A stretch of DNA of 64,000 nucleotides, taken from assembly GCA_038227875.1 (NCBI GenBank), contig JBBRPR010000026.1:41930-105929 (forward strand). Reading direction: 5' to 3'. The notes under the pieces were generated by a model. That model was not told where the DNA came from. It saw nothing but the letters and a program-made list of their open reading frames with translations, and did no database searches. The translations under genes were made by a program, and so were the position numbers. Source of the DNA: Planctomycetota bacterium. Its GTDB lineage: Bacteria > Planctomycetota > SZUA-567 > H5-PLA8. Below are positions 38,185-47,178 of the stretch, piece by piece; position 1 is the first letter of the stretch, and every line of letters starts with the position of its first letter.

Positions 38185-39588
38185 ATGACCTTGGCGCAAA
38201 TTCCGGCAATCGTTTGGATTGTGATCGCGTGGATCTACGGCGCGATGCTCGGCAGCTATGTCAACATGGCGGCGTACCGGCTGCCGCGTTATATCTCGAC
38301 GGTGACGCGCACGCGTTCGTTCTGCCCGAAATGCAATCATCAACTTTCGATCTTCGAAAATCTGCCGATCATCAGCTTCCTGGTGCTGCGCGGAAAATGC
38401 TGGCATTGCAAAGCGCCGATTCCGTCGCGGTATCTCTGGGTGGAACTGATCGTCGCTTCGCTTTCCGCGCTCGCCGCGTATCAGTACTTTGCGCTGAATC
38501 TCGGCTTTTCCGGACCGATGCCGCTGGCCATTCTATTCATACAGCTGTTCCTGATCGTGGACCTGGTGCTGCTCTCCGTTGTCGATTTGGAGATGTGGAT
38601 CATTCCCTGGCAGACGACGCTGCCGTGGATTGTCGTGGGCCTGATCCTTGCGCCGATATTTCCCGAACTGCATCAGTCTGCGACGCAGTGGTTTCCCTTT
38701 GAACCGCGCCTGAACGCGTTCATCGACAGCTTCACTGGCCTGGCGCTCGGCGCTGGAGGCCCCTGGGCCGTCGGCATCCTCACCACCATCGGCTCGTTTG
38801 CGTGGTTCAAATTCCGCCAGGACCCGCGCCGCCCGCTGGAAGGCATGGGCGACGGCGACACGCATTTGATGGGCATGGTCGGTGCGCTGCTGGGCTGGAA
38901 GCCCGCGCTGCTCACGCTTTTTCTCGGCGTGATCATCGGCGCGACAACCGGCCTGGCGAAAATCTGGTACGAACGTTTCCGCCACTGGCAGCTCGGCGAC
39001 AAATACAAACCGTGGCAGCCGACGTACGAACACATCGAAGAACCCGCCGGCGCCGATCAGAAACCGTCGCACGCCTTCTGGATTCTGCTGGTCATGGGCG
39101 TAATCGTGATGATCTTCGCCGGATTCCTCTACGAACGCAGTTACTCGACGTTTGACGGCGCTCCGTCGCGCGGCGATGAAATGTCCGATCGCACTCTGTT
39201 TCAGGCCTACGACATGCGGCTGCTGCCGGTGCTGATGATGTTCCTGCTGGCGATGCTGCTGGTCTTCGCGTTCCTCTTCAAGTCGTACCTCGCGCGCATC
39301 GACCTGCTGCCGCAGGGCGATATCGTCGAGAAGGATGATGGCAAGAAAGAAGAGGTGCTCGAAGGTAATTACGTTCCGTTCGGTCCGTCCCTGGCGCTTG
39401 GCGCGCTGCTGGTTGCGCTTTACGACCCGCTGCTTCGCGAAATCGCGTACTGGTTCGCGACCGGAACATCGAAGCAACTGCCCACGCTGCCCTACCGGTT
39501 TCTTGCTGACGGCTTCGTGATTCACTGGCTCACCACGATCCTACAGGGATTTAACGCACTGACTCAGAAGCTAATGGGTGGTCAATAG
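38185..39588 (+). CDS. pilD: prepilin peptidase (A24), extended form
   Basis: GSYVNMAAYRLP, RSFCPKC, CWHC, VVDLE, GMGDGD, VPFGPSL. Confidence 0.9.
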   Translation: MTLAQIPAIVWIVIAWIYGAMLGSYVNMAAYRLPRYISTVTRTRSFCPKCNHQLSIFENLPIISFLVLRGKCWHCKAPIPSRYLWVELIVASLSALAAYQYFALNLGFSGPMPLAILFIQLFLIVDLVLLSVVDLEMWIIPWQTTLPWIVVGLILAPIFPELHQSATQWFPFEPRLNAFIDSFTGLALGAGGPWAVGILTTIGSFAWFKFRQDPRRPLEGMGDGDTHLMGMVGALLGWKPALLTLFLGVIIGATTGLAKIWYERFRHWQLGDKYKPWQPTYEHIEEPAGADQKPSHAFWILLVMGVIVMIFAGFLYERSYSTFDGAPSRGDEMSDRTLFQAYDMRLLPVLMMFLLAMLLVFAFLFKSYLARIDLLPQGDIVEKDDGKKEEVLEGNYVPFGPSLALGALLVALYDPLLREIAYWFATGTSKQLPTLPYRFLADGFVIHWLTTILQGFNALTQKLMGGQ

Positions 39589-39603
39589 GACAGGGAGGTC
39601 TCC

Positions 39604-40119
39604 GTGGTACGACGCATTCTCATTTCAACATTCCTCTGCGCGATTGCCTTGCAACTCCGCGCGGAAGACGCGGCCACCGCGCAGATCAAGAAGAAGGCCG
39701 AAACGTGTGCGACGGCGATGCAGAAAGGTGAATTCGAGAAAGTCGCCGAACTGACGCACCCCAAAGTAATCGAAATTCTCGGCGGCAAGAAGAAGGCCGC
39801 GGAGACCATGGCCTCGGTCATGGACGAGATGGAAACGCAGGGAATCTCCATCGCCGAATACACGGTCGGCAACGTTTCGGAGATCGTCACTGATAACGAC
39901 AATCAGTTCGCCATCGTCCGCACCACGATGAAGATGAATTGTCCCAAAGGCATTCTGACGCAGAACAGTTTCCTGGTCGCGATCTCTTCCGACAAGGGCA
40001 AGTCGTGGACGTTTGTCGACGGCAATGCCGTCGATCAGTTGAAGCAGATCAACTTTTCCGTGCCCAAGGCGCTGAAAATTCCAGAGCGCGAAGAACCGGT
40101 GCTCTCGCCGAAAAAATAA
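39604..40119 (+). CDS. secreted hypothetical protein
   Basis: GGGAGG RBS; signal peptide; AISSDKGKSWTFVD. Confidence 0.8.
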   Translation: MVRRILISTFLCAIALQLRAEDAATAQIKKKAETCATAMQKGEFEKVAELTHPKVIEILGGKKKAAETMASVMDEMETQGISIAEYTVGNVSEIVTDNDNQFAIVRTTMKMNCPKGILTQNSFLVAISSDKGKSWTFVDGNAVDQLKQINFSVPKALKIPEREEPVLSPKK

Positions 40120-40124
40120 CCGCG

Positions 40125-40964
40125 CTACTTCGCATTCCAGCGCCGAGCCGCCAGCCGATACGCGCGGGGACTCTGCCCGCAGGCGGCTTTGAATAAGCGG
40201 CTGAAATGGAATTGATCCGCGAAGCCGCTACGCTGCCCGACTTCAGCGATCGACGCGTCACTGGCCAGCAGCAACTCCTGAGCGCTCCGCAGTCTCAGCA
40301 TCTGCAGATAGTGCAGCGGCGCATGCCCCGTCGCCCGCCGGAACGTGTCGTGAAAGCGGCTCTCCGATAAAAACACGCTCCGCGCCAGCTGCCCGCGCGT
40401 GACCCGCTCGGCCAGATGAGCCTGCATGTAATCCAGCGCCGGCTGGATGCGCGCGTGTCCTGAAAGCAGCGCCGCCGCGCTCTCCTTCAGCCGCGCGTGC
40501 CGGAGCAGCAGTCGCAGCGTGCGAAAATTCAGCTCCCGGCGCTGCGCAATCGCCGCGAGGCTGTGCGGCTCGGAACTCTGAAGCAGCGCTACTTGTTGCA
40601 CGACCACCGCGCCGATTTCCTCGCCGGTTTTACGCGGCAGCACCAGCGGGATCTCAACGACTTGGAACAAGTCCACCGCGCCCAGCACCGTAAAGCGCAT
40701 ATGCGACCAATGGTAGACCGTTGACGTTCCGGGATCATTGCGCGAACGCTGCAGCGCGTTGCTGGGCACCGCGTAGCCCCCGTGGGGCGGCACATACACC
40801 GGCACACGTCCCTCCAGTTGCATCGTCACGCGACCGCCCGCGGCTTGGCCGATCACCGCGCCGGGATAACGCGTCCAAGGATCGTTCAGACAATGCCGCT
40901 CGACGCCGCAGCGTAGCAACTGAACATCCAGCGACTGTTCCCACGCGGTGAGTGGAACTTCCAT
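40125..40964 (-). CDS. AraC family transcriptional regulator
   Basis: LARSVFLSESRF...GFADQFHFSRLFK...SPRAYR. Confidence 0.93.
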   Translation of the reverse strand: MEVPLTAWEQSLDVQLLRCGVERHCLNDPWTRYPGAVIGQAAGGRVTMQLEGRVPVYVPPHGGYAVPSNALQRSRNDPGTSTVYHWSHMRFTVLGAVDLFQVVEIPLVLPRKTGEEIGAVVVQQVALLQSSEPHSLAAIAQRRELNFRTLRLLLRHARLKESAAALLSGHARIQPALDYMQAHLAERVTRGQLARSVFLSESRFHDTFRRATGHAPLHYLQMLRLRSAQELLLASDASIAEVGQRSGFADQFHFSRLFKAACGQSPRAYRLAARRWNAK

Positions 40965-41079
40965 CGGTTTCTCCGGACAGTACAATCCGACATAAAGTCG
41001 ATATTCGCCACTATGGAATTAATACTGAGAATAGCGCATAGTGTCTCCCGAAGACAACCTTCATTCAGGAGAAAACAGC

Positions 41080-41919
41080 ATGTCCAGTTCAGTTGCAGAA
41101 TACGACACTAAAACAGCCGTGGTGAGTAACGAGGACCGTTTCCTGTTCGACCTGCAGGGATTCATTCTGCTGCGCGGTGTACTCTCGCCGGAAGAATGCC
41201 GGAACTATCTGGGTGTAATCGAAGAACTCGAGAACCTTCCGCACGACGACAAAGCGCGGCGCGAGAAGCTCAACCCGACCGGTCGTCCCAGCCAGCCCAC
41301 GCTCGAAAACAATACGCACTCCAAGCGTTTGAACGGATTGCTGCGCCTCAATTCCGCGTTCGATGCGCTGATCGCACATCCCGGGGTTGCGCCGTATCTT
41401 GAAGCCTTCATGGGGCAACCGCAACTGGTCAACACGTGGTCGATCTCGAAATTCAAAGGCCAGGACAGTGGCGGCTGGCATCGCGGCGTCTCGCCGATTC
41501 AGTACAGCTGCCGCGACGGCAATATACGCAGCGCGATGCTCAACACCGTCTGGTTCCTGACCGATAACGGTCCCGAGGACGGTTGCGTCGTCGCGCTTCC
41601 CGGCGGCCACAAGAGCAACCGCGATCTCGACTGGGGCAAGTATAAGGGCCTGGCCATGCCCGGCGCGCGCCCGATCACCGGCCAGCCCGGCGACGTCTTT
41701 CTCTTCTCCGAAACCGTGCTCCACAACGGCCTGCCCAAAACCACGCCCGGCCGCCGCACGAATCTCTACTACAACTATACCACGCGCGATTTCAACGTGA
41801 TGACCTTCTCGCCCGAGCATAACTTCCACTTCTGCATGCCGCCCTCGGTCCGCGCTCGATTCACACCCAAGCAACTCGAATACACCGAGTGGATGCAGTA
41901 CATGCAAGCAACGGAATAG
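41080..41919 (+). CDS. phytanoyl-CoA dioxygenase (PhyH) family Fe/2OG oxygenase
   Basis: AGGAG RBS; FDLQGF, WHRG, WFLTD, PGGHK, PGDVFLFSETVLHNG. Confidence 0.88.
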   Translation: MSSSVAEYDTKTAVVSNEDRFLFDLQGFILLRGVLSPEECRNYLGVIEELENLPHDDKARREKLNPTGRPSQPTLENNTHSKRLNGLLRLNSAFDALIAHPGVAPYLEAFMGQPQLVNTWSISKFKGQDSGGWHRGVSPIQYSCRDGNIRSAMLNTVWFLTDNGPEDGCVVALPGGHKSNRDLDWGKYKGLAMPGARPITGQPGDVFLFSETVLHNGLPKTTPGRRTNLYYNYTTRDFNVMTFSPEHNFHFCMPPSVRARFTPKQLEYTEWMQYMQATE

Positions 41920-41920
41920 T

Positions 41921-41983
41921 AACGATGAACGATGATTAATGAACGTTGGATAAAAATTCGGAACGCGAAATTTGCGTTCCGAA
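41921..41983. repeat. heptamer repeat (AACGATG) followed by a REP-like hairpin
   Basis: AACGATGAACGATGATTAATGAACG; TTCGGAACGC-GAAATTT-GCGTTCCGAA (41957-41983). Confidence 0.6.
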
Positions 41984-42017
41984 GTTTCATGTGGTCAAAT
42001 GGTGGCTGTAGTTTTTC

Positions 42018-42184
42018 ACAGGGCGACGTGCTTTCATGGAGGACAAGATTATGCGTGCTTTCTGCGCTCCCAACCACGTCCTCCATGTTCGCGCCTGAAT
42101 CCTTCTTACTCTCACCAGCTAAGAATGGCCTGATCGCTCTTGTGAGCGGAGCGCGGCGTGGGGTCACATCCACATCCGCGGCGC
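42018..42184 (+). ncRNA. candidate structured leader or ncRNA upstream of the rbfA-like/rtcB pair
   Basis: perfect 10-bp stem CATGGAGGAC/GTCCTCCATG with outer CAGG/CCTG; CTCAC/GTGAG; GCGG..GTGG/CCAC..CCGC. Confidence 0.35.
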
Positions 42185-42206
42185 ATGCCGCAAGGAGCGC
42201 AGTGTC

Positions 42207-42566
42207 ATGTCGTATGACAAAGAAGAAAAGCGCGGCCAACGAGGCCATCGGGCTCAGCGCATCGAACGCACCGTTGCCGACGTGTTGGAATATGAAATCC
42301 TGCCAGCGCTGGAAAACCCGGCGTTGGAAGAACTGCATGTGTTGCGCGTCGAGGCTTCCAACAACCTCGCGAGCCTGCAGATCGCAATCGTACCCAAACG
42401 CAAGGAAGTTCCGCAACCTCCCGAAGAAATCCAGGCGGCGCTGACCTCAGCAGAAGGCTTCGTCCGCTCGGAACTCGCCGGAATCCTGCGCATCAAGCGC
42501 ATGCCGGTGATCCGGCTGCGCTACATTCCGCTGCCGCTATACGGGGCGGAAGGCGGTGGCGCATGA
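42207..42566 (+). CDS. ribosome-binding factor A (RbfA)-like paralog
   Basis: AAGGAG RBS; RAQRIE...LENPAL...VLRVEASNNL...AEGFVRSELAGILRIKRMPVIRL follows the RbfA pattern. Confidence 0.78.
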   Translation: MSYDKEEKRGQRGHRAQRIERTVADVLEYEILPALENPALEELHVLRVEASNNLASLQIAIVPKRKEVPQPPEEIQAALTSAEGFVRSELAGILRIKRMPVIRLRYIPLPLYGAEGGGA

Positions 42567-43708
42567 AGCAGATCTTCGCGCACCCACAGTTGGTGCCGTT
42601 AAAAATCTGGGCGGAGAAAGTCGATGCGGAGGCGCTCCAGCAGTTGCAGCGCCTCGCGCGTTCGGAGTTGCTCGCGGGGCCGGTGGCCGTCATGCCGGAT
42701 GTTCACAGCGCCGGCGCCGTCTGCGTCGGCACGGTCCTCGCCACGGCGAACGTGGTACTGCCCACGGCCGTCGGGGAGGACCTCGGCTGTGGCATGGCCG
42801 TCGAACGGCTGCCGCTCGCCGCGAGCCATTTCTCGCGGGCGCAATTGGAATCGATCGTCGCAACTGTTCTTAAAGCAGTGCCCGTCGGCCGGCGCAGTCA
42901 CGCCACACCGCGTGAATTTATCCAAGGCAGCGCGCTCAGCACCGGCGCGCTGCAACACGCCGCGGAGTACCTCGGTCCGCGCCAAGTCGGCACGCTCGGC
43001 GGCGGCAACCACTTCATCGAGTTGCAACGGGACGCACACGACCGGCTGTGGGTGACGGTGCATTCCGGTTCGCGCGGCGTCGGCGCGGCGATCGCGTCGC
43101 ATCACGGTCGCGTGGCGGAAGCGAAGTCCGATCGCAAGCTGCCGTTTTTGCGACTCGGTACGTCAGAAGCTGACGCGTTCTGGCTCGACCTGGCGTGGGC
43201 GCTGGCGTTTGCCGAAGAAAACCGGCGTCGCATGCACGCGGCCGTGCGGCGCGTGCTCTCCGCACTGTGCAATGAGCACGTGGAAGCCGCCGAACGCTTC
43301 GACGTCGCTCACAATCTGATCACGCGCGAAGTTCACGGCGGTCGGGAACTCGTGATTCACCGCAAAGGCGCCATGCCTGCCGCGGCCGGCGCGCGCGGCA
43401 TCATTCCCGGCTCGATGGGTACTATCAGCTATATCGTGGAAGGACTCGGCAGCGACGCATCGTATCACTCGTGTTCGCACGGCGCAGGGCGAGCTCTCCC
43501 GCGCGTCGAGGCCCGGCAGCGCATCTCGCCGGCCCAGTTGCGCCGCGAACTTCGCGCCGTCGTGATCCCCGCCGATCCGCGCCTCGTACGCACGCTCGTT
43601 GAGGAAGCGCCCTCGGCCTACAAGCCGCTCAAACGCGTGTTGGCAGAGCAGGCCGACCTGGTCCGGCCGATGCTGCGATTGGAACCGTTGGCGGTGATTA
43701 AAGGATGA
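42563..43708 (+). CDS. rtcB: RtcB family 3'-phosphate/5'-OH RNA ligase
   Basis: MPDVH, GEDLGCGM, GTLGGGNHFIE, HSGSRG, AHN, HRKGA, PGSM, SCSHGAGR, EEAPSAYK. Confidence 0.95.
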   Translation: MKQIFAHPQLVPLKIWAEKVDAEALQQLQRLARSELLAGPVAVMPDVHSAGAVCVGTVLATANVVLPTAVGEDLGCGMAVERLPLAASHFSRAQLESIVATVLKAVPVGRRSHATPREFIQGSALSTGALQHAAEYLGPRQVGTLGGGNHFIELQRDAHDRLWVTVHSGSRGVGAAIASHHGRVAEAKSDRKLPFLRLGTSEADAFWLDLAWALAFAEENRRRMHAAVRRVLSALCNEHVEAAERFDVAHNLITREVHGGRELVIHRKGAMPAAAGARGIIPGSMGTISYIVEGLGSDASYHSCSHGAGRALPRVEARQRISPAQLRRELRAVVIPADPRLVRTLVEEAPSAYKPLKRVLAEQADLVRPMLRLEPLAVIKG

Positions 43709-43720
43709 AACCGAAAGACG

Positions 43721-43761
43721 TCATTTTGACCTCCGTGCCAATGGCACGAAGGTTAAAATGA
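43721..43761. terminator. long hairpin between convergent genes (terminator or REP-like)
   Basis: TCATTTTGACCTCCGTGCCA-A-TGGCACGAAGGTTAAAATGA. Confidence 0.6.
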
Positions 43762-43791
43762 CCCTAGGGCCAACTGGCCCGCGGGTGTTCG

Positions 43792-44412
43792 CTACAGCGC
43801 ACCATCCAAACTCAACTGCCCATATGTCGCCACCTTCGCGTCGCGGACGTTGTCGATCGGAACCGGCGTATCGTTGCGCACTTCCGCCCCGGCAAAGGTG
43901 CATTCGATAATCGCGTTGGACACCGGCAGTCGCTTGAGCACCAATCGCGCGCGCGGCGTCATGCCTGCGATACCCGACGCGGCAATCACGTAACTTTCCT
44001 GATCGGACGTCGCAATCAGCAGCGCCTCGCGTTTTTGAACGGCCTTGGCCGACACAATCTCCGTAATCGCGATCTCTTCAATCCGCTTGGCGCTCAGATC
44101 GGCCTCAAAGCGCGGCTTGGACGTCCAGTTCTGGACCAGCGATGCGTCGCGCGAAAAACGGTAGACGGCGTACAGCGAGACGCTCAGCGAACTCAAATAC
44201 GCCGCGGTCATCGCGAAATCGTTGCCTTTCAGCAGCGCGCGCATCAGCGGGCCGAAGAAGATCATACCCAGCGCGCTGATCGGCAACGCCAGCACCACCA
44301 GCATCATGTAGATGAGGATCTTCGCGGCGGGACCGCTGTTGTCCGGGACGCGATCGGCTTCGATCTTCTGGCGTTCTTCCGGCGTAAAGTTGCGTTCAGT
44401 AATCTTCAGCAT
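43792..44412 (-). CDS. membrane hypothetical protein
   Basis: two TM segments; GC3-rich codon usage. Confidence 0.7.
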   Translation of the reverse strand: MLKITERNFTPEERQKIEADRVPDNSGPAAKILIYMMLVVLALPISALGMIFFGPLMRALLKGNDFAMTAAYLSSLSVSLYAVYRFSRDASLVQNWTSKPRFEADLSAKRIEEIAITEIVSAKAVQKREALLIATSDQESYVIAASGIAGMTPRARLVLKRLPVSNAIIECTFAGAEVRNDTPVPIDNVRDAKVATYGQLSLDGAL

Positions 44413-44521
44413 GCGTATCGAAAACCATACTACCGACGCGGCCCGATTTCGCCACATTGCCTTCACGAGTGCGCATGGTATTGTTCATTTTTTCTCACAT
44501 ATATCGCGCGAGGCAACTCCT

Positions 44522-45262
44522 GTGGCAGCGACGGCACTCATCCTTGGCGCATCTGGAACGATCGGCGGCCGCGTCGCCTCCGAACTGATCAATCGCGGCT
44601 ACGACGTCGGGTTGCACTATCACGCTCATTCCGCGCCTTGCGAAAAACTGGCCGCGGACGCTGCATCACGCCGACTCAACGCCAAATGCTACGTGGCCGA
44701 CTTCCAGGATCCACAAGCACCGACGGTTCTCGCTCAAGCATTCCTGAAAGATTTTTCGAAAATCGACGCGCTGGTCTGCGCCGCCGGCGTCGTCCACGAC
44801 GCGCCGCTGCTGACGCTCAAAGACGATGACCTCCGCGGAGTGGTGAATGTCGACCTGCGCGCGATATTTCTGGTGCTCAAAGCTTTCTCGCGGCAGTTCA
44901 TGAAGCAGAAGTCCGGCGCGATCGTTGCGCTCTCGTCGCACGCGGGCGTCAGCGGGCGGGCCGGGGGAGTGGCCTACGCGATGGCGCAGAGCGGCCTGCA
45001 GGCGCTGATCAAATCCACCGCGCGCGAATGGGGCGCCTTCGGCGTGCGCGCCAACGCTGTTTTGCCCCCGTTTGTCGCCGATTCCGCCATGGGCCGCAGC
45101 GCGTCGCCGGAATTCGCCGCCGCCGTGAAAGCCAAGCGTGTCCTGAAAACCGAGACCGACGGCGCCGCCGCCGTGGCGTTGCTGGTCGCCAGCCTGCTCG
45201 AAAACCCGTCGATCTCCGGCCAGATCCTCAGCGCTGACAGTCGCGTGCTTTCCCTCTCGTGA
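44522..45262 (+). CDS. SDR family oxidoreductase (FabG-like)
   Basis: LILGASGTIG, CAAG, SS, YAMAQ (K of YxxxK replaced), VRANAVLP. Confidence 0.88.
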   Translation: MAATALILGASGTIGGRVASELINRGYDVGLHYHAHSAPCEKLAADAASRRLNAKCYVADFQDPQAPTVLAQAFLKDFSKIDALVCAAGVVHDAPLLTLKDDDLRGVVNVDLRAIFLVLKAFSRQFMKQKSGAIVALSSHAGVSGRAGGVAYAMAQSGLQALIKSTAREWGAFGVRANAVLPPFVADSAMGRSASPEFAAAVKAKRVLKTETDGAAAVALLVASLLENPSISGQILSADSRVLSLS

Positions 45263-45305
45263 ATTCTGTTTCGCGGGTACCTAAAGAGCTGTATAGTTTC
45301 CCCTT

Positions 45306-47075
45306 GTGACCGACGCCACGGCCCAGTCCCTCGACGCCAAACGAGACGTACAGCGCATCCTTGCTGAGCGCCTGTATCCGCTGGGCGTGTTGCTGCGTTT
45401 CCGCGTCCGCGCCATCACCAATCAGATCCGTAACATCCGCCGCGAATCGATGTTGAAAATCGTCGTCGTCACCACGCTTGGCGTCGGTTTCTGGGTCGGG
45501 TTGTTTGAACTGTTTCTCTACGGTTTCCAATTCGTCAACGATAACGCCGGCGTCGCGCGGCCGTACTTGATCCACCACATTCTCAGCCTGTTCTTCATGG
45601 CGCTCTCGTTCATGCTCGTTTTTTCCAACGCGGTCATCGCGCTGCAAAATCTGTTCAAGGAGCAGGAGACCGCGTTTCTTTTCTCCCTGCCCGTGCGCCA
45701 CGACACGATTTTTCTCTACAAATTCATCGAATCACTGGTCTTCTCGTCGTGGGCGGTCTTTGCCGCCGGATTGCCTTTGATGCTCGCCTATGGCATCAAG
45801 TCCGATGTCGACTGGTACTTTTATCCGCTCGTGCTGTTGTTCATGCTGCCATTTGTCGTACTCCCCGCCGCGCTCGGAACGCTGCTGGGATTGCTCTTGA
45901 TGGCCATCGTCCCACGGCATGGTTATAAGGTGCTCGGCGCGATGGTCGTGGCGCTCGTCGGCTGCGCGATCTACCTGTACGTCACGATTTTCCACTCGCC
46001 GGCCGCGTACATGAGCGGCTACGGCTCGTCGGAAATCCAGGCCAGCGTGCAGCGCGTGCTCGGCCGCCTGAACTTCACGCAGCACGTCCTTACGCCCAAC
46101 TATTGGATTACCGAAGGACTGCTCCGCGTCGGCGACGCCAAGCCCGACAGCCTCAATGCCGGCGCGCTGTTTTTCGGAGCGTTGATGACCAGTGCGATGT
46201 TCTTCCTCTCGCTGGGTTGGTTCCTTTCCGGCTCGATGTACGCCGCGACATACTCCTTCGCCAGCGGCGGAAGTTCCGTGCGCAGCATCGGCAGAAAATC
46301 GTGGGTCGAATGGTTTTTCGCGCCGGCGTCCGCGCGCTGGCCGCAGATCATGATCCTGGTGGTGAAAGACGTGAAGACGTTTCTGCGCGACCCGACCCAG
46401 TGGTCGCAGGTGCTGATTTTCTTCGGCATCCTTGGGCTGTACATCGGCAACCTGCGGAACTTTTCGTATCCGCTCGATCAGCCCTTCTACCAGAACCTGA
46501 TTTCGTTCCTGAATCTCGGCGCGACCTGCATGACGCTGGCGACGATGACCAGCCGCTTCATTTTTCCCCTGATTTCGCTCGAAGGCCGCCGATTCTGGGT
46601 GCTGGGCCTGGTGCCGCTCGACCGCCGCCACGTGATGATCTCGAAATTCTATTTCGCCTTCAGCGGCTCGCTCCTGCTGGTGGTGATTCTCGTCCTGCTC
46701 TCCAATTACATTTTGCGCGGCTCGACGTTTGTGCTCGGCATCCAGCTCGTCACGGGCGTGTTTATCGCGATGGGCTTGAGCGGCCTGAGCGTCGGCATGG
46801 GCGCGATTTTCCCCAGCTTCAACGAACGCAACCCGTCGAAGATCGTCTCCGGTTTCGGTGGCACGCTGACGCTGATTCTCGCCATCGGCCTGGTGATCGT
46901 GAGCATCATTTCCGAAGGCCTCGTCTGCCACCGCTACCTCGGCCCCATCCCCGACGAAGCCCACCTCAACTGGATGATCATCGCCTCCCTCGCCGGCATC
47001 GCGCTGCTCAACACGCTCGCCGCGTACATCCCCATGCGCTTGGGAATTCGCGCGCTGAGGCAGGTTGAGTTTTAG
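45306..47075 (+). CDS. putative ABC-2 type transporter permease
   Basis: many TMs; ETAFLFSLPV, KDVKTFLRDPTQWSQ, RFIFPLISLEG, GMGAIFPSF. Confidence 0.85.
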   Translation: MTDATAQSLDAKRDVQRILAERLYPLGVLLRFRVRAITNQIRNIRRESMLKIVVVTTLGVGFWVGLFELFLYGFQFVNDNAGVARPYLIHHILSLFFMALSFMLVFSNAVIALQNLFKEQETAFLFSLPVRHDTIFLYKFIESLVFSSWAVFAAGLPLMLAYGIKSDVDWYFYPLVLLFMLPFVVLPAALGTLLGLLLMAIVPRHGYKVLGAMVVALVGCAIYLYVTIFHSPAAYMSGYGSSEIQASVQRVLGRLNFTQHVLTPNYWITEGLLRVGDAKPDSLNAGALFFGALMTSAMFFLSLGWFLSGSMYAATYSFASGGSSVRSIGRKSWVEWFFAPASARWPQIMILVVKDVKTFLRDPTQWSQVLIFFGILGLYIGNLRNFSYPLDQPFYQNLISFLNLGATCMTLATMTSRFIFPLISLEGRRFWVLGLVPLDRRHVMISKFYFAFSGSLLLVVILVLLSNYILRGSTFVLGIQLVTGVFIAMGLSGLSVGMGAIFPSFNERNPSKIVSGFGGTLTLILAIGLVIVSIISEGLVCHRYLGPIPDEAHLNWMIIASLAGIALLNTLAAYIPMRLGIRALRQVEF

Positions 47076-47083
47076 GGAACGGA

Positions 47084-47172
47084 GTCATTGGTCATTTACG
47101 GAGAGCGATAGACAGGCCCTTCGATTTGCCAGCCCGCTCCTCGTAAATGAAAAATGCCCGATGACCAATGAC
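47084..47172. repeat. inverted heptamer repeats (GTCATTG/CAATGAC)
   Basis: GTCATTGGTCATT ... AATGAAAAATGCCCGATGACCAATGAC. Confidence 0.65.
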
Positions 47173-47178
47173 TCCGTT

